Source of the DNA: an uncultured Clostridia bacterium
Lineage (GTDB): Bacteria > Bacillota > Clostridia > Oscillospirales > CAG-272
Direction of reading: 5' to 3'
Assembly (NCBI GenBank): GCA_944384585.1
Contig: CALWTY010000005.1
Span: 414-64,413 of the forward strand
DNA: 64,000 nucleotides
Shown here: one piece after another, positions 57,794 through 64,000 of the stretch
Layout of the letters: the number at the start of each line of letters is the position of its first letter
Position numbering within the stretch: position 1 is the first letter of the stretch
Position numbers and translations under genes: made by a program
Notes under the pieces: model-generated
Database searches by the model: none
The model's input: only the letters and a program-made list of their open reading frames with translations
Told to the model about the DNA's origin: nothing

Positions 57794-58582
57794 TCAAATG
57801 CGTCCGTGCCAGAGAAAAACCGCGGCGGCGGCAGCGGCATTGAGCGATTCAACGCCCTCCCTCATCGGGATATAGACCTTCTCCCCCGCCGCCCGCACGA
57901 CGTCAGGGTCGATTCCGTGCCCCTCGTTGCCGATCACAAATACCGTTTTATCGGTGACGGTCATCCGATCAAGACGTTCGGAATCCCGATCCAGCACCGC
58001 CGCGCAGACACGATAGCCCGCCCGCTTCAGCAGCAACACGATATCGGGCAGAGAAGGGACATAGCTGATCCTCTGACGGAAGAGCGTCCCCATCGCCGCC
58101 CTCACCGTCCGCGGGTTATAGAGATCGGCGCAGTCCCCCGAAAGGATCAGCTCGTCGATCCCGAAGGCCGCCGCCGTCCGGATCACCGTCCCGAGATTCC
58201 CGGGGTCGCGGAGGGAGGAGAGGAGCAGGAAGCGTCGGTTTCCGCCCGAAAAATCATCCATATTATATATTTTATTTATATTGTGGATTTTGTCAATATA
58301 CTTTGCGACACAAATTACGCCCTGCGGAGATTTTTCCGTTGACAGCTTGCATAGAACAGAGTCGGAGACCTCCAGAATCTCCGTCTGCGGAAGCAGCTCC
58401 CTGCAGAGCGGCAAGCATCTGCCGTCGGAAAAGACCGTCACGAGCTCCACGCCGGATGCCGCCGCTTCCCGCAGGAGCTTGATCCCCTCGAAAAAGAAGC
58501 GTCGGCTCTGCAGCCGGTATTTTTTCTCATGCAGCGAGGCGGCGGCGATCACAGCGGGATTGGAGCGGGAGGTAATCGTCAT
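57794..58582 (-). CDS. TrmH/SpoU-family RNA 2'-O-methyltransferase
   Basis: PGNLGTVIRTA, VFVIGNEGHG and ESLNAAAAA SPOUT motifs. Start at MTITSR. Confidence 0.82.
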   Translation of the reverse strand: MTITSRSNPAVIAAASLHEKKYRLQSRRFFFEGIKLLREAAASGVELVTVFSDGRCLPLCRELLPQTEILEVSDSVLCKLSTEKSPQGVICVAKYIDKIHNINKIYNMDDFSGGNRRFLLLSSLRDPGNLGTVIRTAAAFGIDELILSGDCADLYNPRTVRAAMGTLFRQRISYVPSLPDIVLLLKRAGYRVCAAVLDRDSERLDRMTVTDKTVFVIGNEGHGIDPDVVRAAGEKVYIPMREGVESLNAAAAAAVFLWHGRI

Positions 58583-58612
58583 ATCCTTGCCCCCTTTTCG
58601 TCTTGATAAATC

Positions 58613-58636
58613 AAAAACCCGGCAAAACCGGGTTTT
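58613..58636 (-). terminator. rho-independent terminator after rplT
   Basis: Minus strand reads aacccgg-tttt-gccgggtt followed by tttgattt, 11 nt after the rplT stop. Confidence 0.7.
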
Positions 58637-58646
58637 GAGCATCTGG

Positions 58647-59000
58647 TCAGAGCGCAGCCTTCGCCTTCTCGACAAGGGCGGCAAACGCAGCCTTGTCGGA
58701 GACGGCCAGCTCCGCCAGCATTTTTCTGTTGAGGGTCACGCCCGCCAGCTTCAGACCGTGCATCAGCCGGGAATAGTTGATCCCGCAGACCTTGGCCTGA
58801 GCCGAGATTCTGGTGATCCAGAGAGAACGGAAGTCTCTCTTCTTCATCTTTCTTCCCGCAAAGGCATAGTTGCCGCTCTTCATGACGGCCTGTTTAGCCA
58901 TTCTGAAGTGCTTGGATTTTGCGCCCCAGTAACCCTTCGCGAGCTTCAGAACTTTATTTCTTCTTTTGCGCGTCATGACCGCGCCCTTTACTCTTGCCAT
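58647..59000 (-). CDS. rplT: 50S ribosomal protein L20
   Basis: [26 protein letters not shown], a canonical L20 N-terminus. Confidence 0.96.
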   Translation of the reverse strand: MARVKGAVMTRKRRNKVLKLAKGYWGAKSKHFRMAKQAVMKSGNYAFAGRKMKKRDFRSLWITRISAQAKVCGINYSRLMHGLKLAGVTLNRKMLAELAVSDKAAFAALVEKAKAAL

Positions 59001-59038
59001 TTCTTCTTCCTCCTGTAATTACCGTGATAAAACGCGAC

Positions 59039-59236
59039 TCAGCTGCGGGGCAGGAGCGTTCTGATGTTGGGAGCCATGCTCTCGCTGAGATAACCGGTCT
59101 TTCTGAGCTGTCTCTTGCGCTTGGCGGTCTTCAGACCGAGCTTATGACGGCGATTGGTATGATTGAGCTTCACCTTTCCGCTTTTGGTCAGTGAAAATCT
59201 TTTGGATGCTGCCTTATGTGTTTTAACCTTTCCCAT
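59039..59236 (-). CDS. rpmI: 50S ribosomal protein L35
   Basis: MGKVKTHKAASKRFSLTKSGKVK, a canonical L35 sequence. Confidence 0.95.
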   Translation of the reverse strand: MGKVKTHKAASKRFSLTKSGKVKLNHTNRRHKLGLKTAKRKRQLRKTGYLSESMAPNIRTLLPRS

Positions 59237-59326
59237 TTTCGTTTCCGTTTCCCGGCGGCACTGTATTTTGGATGCCGAGCCTGCTCCGGTCGCCGTCGGA
59301 GCCGCCCTTTTGCGCCTTGCGGCGCG

Positions 59327-59893
59327 TTATTTACCCGCGCCGGAGTCGCCCTTGGCCTTCTCCTTGGCGGCGGTCGGTTTAAGCGGAGAAATGAACATGA
59401 CCATCGAGCGCCCCTCCATGACCGGGGGCTTGTCGACCGTGCCCTTTTCAGCGCATGCCTGTTCGAATTTCTTGAGGAGCTCGCTTCCCAGCTCGGGATG
59501 ACTGAGCTGGCGCCCCTTGAATTTGACCATCACCCTGACCTTGTCCCCGTTGCCGAGGAAGCGGTGGGCATGGTTGACCTTCGTATTGAAGTCGTTGACG
59601 TCGATATGGCAGGAGAGCTGTACCTCCTTGATCTCGACGATCTGCTGCTTTTTACGGGCTTCCTTTTCCTTCTTGTCCCGTTCGAAGCGGAACTTTCCGT
59701 AATCCATGATCCGGCACACCGGAGGCTCTCCCTGCGGTGCGATGAGAACCAGATCCAATCCCCGGTCATACGCCATGTTCTGCGCCGTCGAGAGGGCGAT
59801 CACGCCGATCTGCTCGCCGTCCGAGCCGATGACTCTGACCTGCTTGGAGCGGTTGAAGCCCTGAAGGGAGGAGATGGCTTCGTTGATCGCCAT
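59327..59893 (-). CDS. infC: translation initiation factor IF-3
   Basis: PPVCRIMDYGKFRFE..KEVQLS..KFKGRQ IF-3 motifs. ATG 59893 lacks an SD. An ATA at 59920 lies 9 nt after ggagg (see findings). Confidence 0.93.
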   Translation of the reverse strand: MAINEAISSLQGFNRSKQVRVIGSDGEQIGVIALSTAQNMAYDRGLDLVLIAPQGEPPVCRIMDYGKFRFERDKKEKEARKKQQIVEIKEVQLSCHIDVNDFNTKVNHAHRFLGNGDKVRVMVKFKGRQLSHPELGSELLKKFEQACAEKGTVDKPPVMEGRSMVMFISPLKPTAAKEKAKGDSGAGK

Positions 59894-60103
59894 ATCCCTT
59901 GAATTGTTTCTTGCGGCTATTGTTATACACCTCCGAATAATAATTGTAAAAAGCGGCACGCAGCGTCGCGAAAGAAAAAAGCCGGGACGCCGCATCAAAA
60001 GAGCAAACTCCCGAGCAAAACCCGGTCATACCGGGGGATCCTATCAACCGGCGCACCAATGTCCGACGGTGAGAACGACAGTTCTGCTTCTTTTGCGGAA
60101 ACC

Positions 60104-60132
60104 ATTTTATCACATTCCCCTCGGTTTGTCAA
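60104..60132 (-). promoter_or_regulatory. promoter of the infC-rpmI-rplT operon
   Basis: TTGACA, 17-nt spacer, TAAAAT on the minus strand, with TGa before the -10. About 175-nt leader follows. Confidence 0.7.
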
Positions 60133-60238
60133 GGGCTTTTTCGTTTTTTCTCCGATTTTTTCGCAAGCGCCGGGAAAGCCCCCGGTGTAGGAAGCGGCGG
60201 TGCCCTCCGCCGTCGCGGGGGAGGGCCGCCTTTCCCGA

Positions 60239-61447
60239 TCAGAAGATCTCAAGCGAGCGGATCAGTTCGGGCATTCCGATCCCCCGCTCCAGCCGATCCC
60301 ACGCGGCGCAGACGCGGCCGACGAGCGGCGAATCCGCCCCGATGCCGCAGAGGGTCTGCATCACTGCGGCGACCCCCTTCTCCGACACCTCCGCCTTCAC
60401 GCGGCAGGAGGCCTCGTCCCCCTCCGGTGCGAAGCGAAGGCCCGCCGCGAGCCCCGCGCAGATATTGGCCGGCTCGATCCCGTGGCGGAGGCAGAGCTTG
60501 GCCGCCCCGACGAAGCGGTCGTTCTCCGACAGTTTTCTCGCGGTATCCCGTCCCACCCGCTCCACGGTATCCGCGAGGAGGCGGTTCTCAAAGCGGCTCA
60601 ACAGATTCTCCGAAAACTCCAGCAGCTCTCCGAGCGGCACGCCGTACTCGGCGCTCAACGCCCGGGAGGACTCGGTCAGGGCGCGGAGGGCGATCAGCTT
60701 GATCGCGGGGTCCTCCGCCGCCTCCCAAATATAGGTATAGCCCTTGCCCGCACCGAGGTACGCCGTCAGCGCATGGCTCATATTGTGCATGAACAGCTTT
60801 CGTCTGATATAGAAGTCAAACGGCGAAAAGGGGATCATGCCCTGAATCGGGGGGATTTCCCCCTTGAAGGCGGCGCGGTCGACCGGCAGCTCGCAATAGG
60901 CCTCGACGCAGACCGCCAGCGGATTCCGCTCCGACAGCTCCTTCGGGGTTGCGGGCACCATCCGCCCGATGGAAGGCTCCACCGCGGCGACACAGCGGTC
61001 GAAGTAGGTCTGCTCCCGGGGAGACAGGCAATCCCTGACCAGCGAGGAAAAATACCGATCCGCCTCGAGCATATTCTCGCAGATGATGATATTGAGGGGC
61101 GTTTCGATCCCCCGTGCGCAGCGGAGGCGGATCCCCGCCGCCACCGGCGCGGCAATATGGCGGAGAACGTTCACGCCCACCGCCGTCGCCATGATATCGG
61201 CCTCTGCGACCGCCTCCGCGACGGCGTCCTCGTCCCGTCCGTTGATCCCTCTGACACCGCGCACCGTCCTCTGCTCATAGTGATCGCCCGCCGTGATATA
61301 GATCGGGTACTCGCCGTCGGCATTGAGACGGTCGATCACCGTTTCGTTGACGTCGATGAAGGACACCTCATAGCCCGATTCCGAGAAGAGCTGTCCGATG
61401 AAGCCTCTGCCAATGCTGCCCGCTCCGTACATGATCGCCTTTTTCAT
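60239..61447 (-). CDS. mannitol dehydrogenase family protein (mannitol-1-phosphate 5-dehydrogenase-like)
   Basis: N-terminal YGAGSIGRGFIGQLF..FIDVN matches the MtlD nucleotide-binding signature. Start at MKKAIMYG. Confidence 0.8.
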   Translation of the reverse strand: MKKAIMYGAGSIGRGFIGQLFSESGYEVSFIDVNETVIDRLNADGEYPIYITAGDHYEQRTVRGVRGINGRDEDAVAEAVAEADIMATAVGVNVLRHIAAPVAAGIRLRCARGIETPLNIIICENMLEADRYFSSLVRDCLSPREQTYFDRCVAAVEPSIGRMVPATPKELSERNPLAVCVEAYCELPVDRAAFKGEIPPIQGMIPFSPFDFYIRRKLFMHNMSHALTAYLGAGKGYTYIWEAAEDPAIKLIALRALTESSRALSAEYGVPLGELLEFSENLLSRFENRLLADTVERVGRDTARKLSENDRFVGAAKLCLRHGIEPANICAGLAAGLRFAPEGDEASCRVKAEVSEKGVAAVMQTLCGIGADSPLVGRVCAAWDRLERGIGMPELIRSLEIF

Positions 61448-61578
61448 GATAAACGCTTCCTCCCGAAGTGTGAAATTAACGCCGTGGTTCACAAGTTAAC
61501 ATTCCGTTTTAGTAACAATCAGCGCCCGCAGGCGGGCTTCTTAAGTAAATCTTAAGCAAGTTACCGACCTGCCTCTTC

Positions 61579-61607
61579 ATTATACACGCCCCTCAAAAAT
61601 AAATCAA
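61579..61607 (-). promoter_or_regulatory. promoter of the mannitol-dehydrogenase-family gene
   Basis: TTGATT, 17-nt spacer, TATAAT on the minus strand. Confidence 0.6.
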
Positions 61608-61608
61608 G

Positions 61609-61620
61609 TGTAAATTTACA
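61609..61620. promoter_or_regulatory. perfect 12-bp palindrome TGTAAATTTACA between the divergent promoters
   Basis: Exact inverted repeat flanked by the two -35 boxes. An extra outer arm pair gtgtaaa / tttacac spans 61608-61641. Confidence 0.45.
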
Positions 61621-61628
61621 AAAAAATG

Positions 61629-61657
61629 TTTACTTTTACACCGGGATATGCTATAAT
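61629..61657 (+). promoter_or_regulatory. promoter of the PfkB kinase gene (extended -10)
   Basis: TTTACT, 17-nt spacer, TATAAT, with TGc immediately upstream of the -10. Confidence 0.6.
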
Positions 61658-61690
61658 AATGTTAATTCTATGATTCGGAGGCTTAGGCAT

Positions 61691-62728
61691 ATGAGTGAGA
61701 AAGCGATGGACAAGGGCATAATCGTTGCCGGAAACATGATCGTGGACAATCTGAAGAAGATCGATATATACCCCGGTTCCTGCAACCTGACCACCATCAG
61801 AAAGAACGAGATGGCGCTGGGCGGACTGGTCAACAACTGCATTCAGGATTTCGCGCGGATCGACGGAACGCTCCCGCTCAAGGCGCTCGGCATCGTCGGG
61901 GACGACGCCTGCGGCCGGTTCATCTTCGAGAAGCTCGCCCTCTACGAAAACATCGACACCTCGGCGCTGAAGGTCAAGGGGGAGACCTCCTTCACCGACG
62001 TCATGTACGACAGCGAGCGCCGCACCCGCGCCTATTTCCAGTTCCGCGGCGCAAACGCCGAGCTGTGCATCGATGATTTTGATTTCGAAAAGACGACGGG
62101 CAGCATCCTGCACATCGGCTATCTGCTGCTGCTCGACACCCTGGACGAGCCGCACCCCGTCTACGGCACCCGGATGGGAGAGGTGCTTCACAAGGCGCAG
62201 AGCTGCGGCATCAAGACCTCCATCGACATCGTCAGCGAGGAGAGCGACCGCTACCGCAGCGTCGTCGCCCCCACCCTCCGCTATGTCGACTACTGCATCA
62301 TCAACGAGATCGAGGCCGGCAAGATCGTCGGCATTCCCGCCTCCGACGAAAACGGCATCATCGAGGAGAATATGCCGCGGATCTGCAAGGCGCTGCGGGA
62401 GCTGGGTGTCCGCGATTGGATCATCGTCCACGCAAGGGACGCCAGCTACGGCCTCGACACCGACGGCACCTACTACCGGATGGACTGCATCGACATCCCG
62501 CGTTCGCTGATCGCCGCCACCACCGGTGCGGGGGATGCCTTCTGCGCCGGCGCGCTCTACGGGGCCTACAAGGGCATGAGCCTGAAGGACGCCATGTACT
62601 TCGCCACCGGCGTCGCCTCCTGCTCCCTCTTCTCCGCAAACGCCTCCGACGGCGTTCGCAGCTACGAGGATACCCTCAAGCTCATGGCGGAATATCCCGT
62701 TCCCGCCTGCATCTCCCGCCGGATCTGA
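61691..62728 (+). CDS. PfkB-family carbohydrate kinase
   Basis: TTGAGDAFCAGALYG ATP-binding motif. ATG 9 nt after SD ggagg. Confidence 0.85.
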   Translation: MSEKAMDKGIIVAGNMIVDNLKKIDIYPGSCNLTTIRKNEMALGGLVNNCIQDFARIDGTLPLKALGIVGDDACGRFIFEKLALYENIDTSALKVKGETSFTDVMYDSERRTRAYFQFRGANAELCIDDFDFEKTTGSILHIGYLLLLDTLDEPHPVYGTRMGEVLHKAQSCGIKTSIDIVSEESDRYRSVVAPTLRYVDYCIINEIEAGKIVGIPASDENGIIEENMPRICKALRELGVRDWIIVHARDASYGLDTDGTYYRMDCIDIPRSLIAATTGAGDAFCAGALYGAYKGMSLKDAMYFATGVASCSLFSANASDGVRSYEDTLKLMAEYPVPACISRRI

Positions 62729-62729
62729 A

Positions 62730-62846
62730 GGATCGCCGGCGCGCAAAATGCGCTCTGCGGGCAGCATCGGATCGTCAACGTGCAAACCGCGCCCTGCGGA
62801 GTGCCGTCGGATCGCCGGCGCGCGAAATGTATCATCGGATCGTCAA
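62730..62846. repeat. duplicated 3'-UTR motifs
   Basis: ggatcgccggcgcgcRaaatg at 62730 and 62809. catcggatcgtcaa at 62765 and 62833. Confidence 0.75.
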
Positions 62847-62847
62847 A

Positions 62848-62894
62848 GAACCATCGGAAGCCTTCCCGGCCCGATGGTTCTTTCGGTTGTTTCC
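62848..62894 (+). terminator. rho-independent terminator of the PfkB kinase gene
   Basis: Stem gaaccatcg / cgatggttc around a 15-nt loop (ends 62880), followed by tttcggttgtttcc. Confidence 0.8.
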
Positions 62895-62968
62895 GCGCAA
62901 TACGGCTGCGCACTCTGCCGCCTTTCCCGATCGCCGCAGCCGGTGCTGTCCCCCGGCCGGGGTCCCCT

Positions 62969-64000
62969 TCAGGTCTTGCCGCTCCGGGCTTGCAGCTTGT
63001 TTTCGATCTGACGGATTCTGTCTGCCAGCGGCGGATGGGAATAGGTCAGCAGCACCAGCAGCCTTGCCGGCGCGAGATCCGCCAGATCCTCCCGCGCAAG
63101 CGTCTTCAGCGCGCCGATCAGCGCAGTCCCGTAGCCCTCCGCCACCGCCTGTCCGTCGGCGCGGTATTCGGCGCGTCGGGAGCAGGCGTTCACGATCAGC
63201 CCCATCACGATCCCGACAAAGGGCATGACAAGATAGGTCAGCAGAAGGAAGGCAAAGCCGTAATTGATCCCCTCAAAGCCGAATGCGGCGTAAAGCGGTC
63301 CGCCGTTTACCAGCAGCATCATCGAAAGCACGACCAGGATCACGTTCAGCAGATTCAGTCCCTGCAGCTTCAGCGTATCCCGATGCAGTCCGTGCCCCAT
63401 CTCATGGGCAAAGACCGCCACGATCTCGTCGGCGTCCATCGCCCCGAGCAGATTGTCGTACAGCACGATCGTTTTGGTCTTCCCCGCCCCCGCAAAGTAG
63501 CCGTTGGATCTGGTCGTTCTCTCGGAGGCCTTCATCACCTCGATGCTTTTCACCGTATAGCCGTGGGATGTCATCAGCGCGGTCAGCTTGGCTTTCAGCT
63601 CCCCCTCCTCCAGCGGCTCGAATTTGTTCGAGATCTTGCTGAAAAACGGATACAGCACCATCACCGTCAGCAGGATCGCCATCAGGAGCGCAGCGAATAC
63701 CGGGAGAATGGCGCTGCCCAGCAGAAGATGCAGGCGGATGAACAGCGTCAGAAGCCCGCCGATCAGCAGGACGGAGAGGAGCAGGCTCTTGATCCGATCC
63801 TTGACGAACAGCGGGAGCCCGGTCTTGTTGAAGCCGTACTTCTCCTCGATGACCATGGTGTTCACATAGGCGCGGGCCGTCCCCAGCACCGTATCGACCG
63901 CAAGATACAGCCCCGGCGTCCCGAGTGCCGCCCAACAGACATGATCCCCGACGGCGGCGGCGATCTCCGCATAGACGTTCAGCCCCAGAAGCAGCAGCGT
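62969..64000 (-). CDS. M48-family (Ste24/HtpX-like) zinc metallopeptidase, 5'-truncated by the window edge
   Basis: HEMGHGLH zinc motif and multiple TM segments. The reading frame stays open from 63889 to position 64000. Confidence 0.85.
   Translation of the reverse strand, partial: TLLLLGLNVYAEIAAAVGDHVCWAALGTPGLYLAVDTVLGTARAYVNTMVIEEKYGFNKTGLPLFVKDRIKSLLLSVLLIGGLLTLFIRLHLLLGSAILPVFAALLMAILLTVMVLYPFFSKISNKFEPLEEGELKAKLTALMTSHGYTVKSIEVMKASERTTRSNGYFAGAGKTKTIVLYDNLLGAMDADEIVAVFAHEMGHGLHRDTLKLQGLNLLNVILVVLSMMLLVNGGPLYAAFGFEGINYGFAFLLLTYLVMPFVGIVMGLIVNACSRRAEYRADGQAVAEGYGTALIGALKTLAREDLADLAPARLLVLLTYSHPPLADRIRQIENKLQARSGKT

Noticed and set aside
61616-62785. 389-aa minus-strand ORF
   Set aside because: Antisense to the PfkB kinase gene, which has the TTGAGDAF motif, an SD and a promoter. 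The minus-frame product is Gly/Asp/Ala/Val-rich with no motif.
1-64000. Defence islands, mobile elements, prophage, tRNA or rRNA genes
   Set aside because: No integrase, transposase, recombinase, nuclease-helicase pairs or cas genes were seen. There are no inverted terminal repeats and no cloverleaf-like or rRNA-like stretches in the non-coding gaps. The window reads as conserved core chromosome.

Overview
GC-rich chromosomal segment with a strong strand bias: 53 of the 58 CDS I call are on the minus strand. Gene order and Shine-Dalgarno usage suggest a Clostridia-type Firmicute core region, which is inference only. The supporting gene orders are dprA-topA-trmFO, plsX-rnc-smc-ftsY, infC-rpmI-rplT, nadD-yqeK-rsfS-leuS and dgt-dnaG-rpoD.

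Contents from left to right:
- thiSFGHEDC thiamine operon behind a promoter and a TPP riboswitch.
- A nine-gene sugar or deoxy-sugar cluster (LacI regulator, SDR, MBL hydrolase, DeoC, mutarotase-fold protein, ribokinase-family kinase, Zn-ADH, cupin), with a DeoR regulator directly upstream.
- A small discoidin-like orphan gene, divergent from the DeoR gene.
- RNase J.
- Two small convergent hypothetical genes.
- A nucleotidyltransferase fused to a degenerate PMM-like half.
- A Na/Pi cotransporter and a CPA2 antiporter.
- A YgjP/DUF45 gene preceded by a 24-bp tandem array.
- Rubrerythrin, DUF3737, and two orphan lipoprotein solute-binding proteins.
- The macromolecular-synthesis operon, YigZ, a GH78-like hydrolase, AzlCD, and an ECF S-component with CoaX.
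- rpsU, which is missing from the ORF track because it is 58 aa.
- A long housekeeping run from leuS to infC.
- A divergent pair: a mannitol-dehydrogenase-family gene and a PfkB kinase gene.
- A 5'-truncated M48 peptidase at the window edge.

I saw no tRNA or rRNA genes, CRISPR arrays, transposases, integrases, prophage genes or recognisable defence genes. I do not see a convincing novel multi-gene system.

The most unusual items are:
- the 24-bp tandem array that appears to form the whole 5' leader of the ygjP-like gene;
- the uncharacterised sugar cluster, whose SDR has Phe in place of the catalytic Tyr;
- the DeoR / discoidin-like divergent pair;
- the pseudo-phosphomannomutase fusion;
- several exact-consensus promoters with adjacent perfect palindromes.

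All functional calls rest on by-eye motif recognition. No searches were run.
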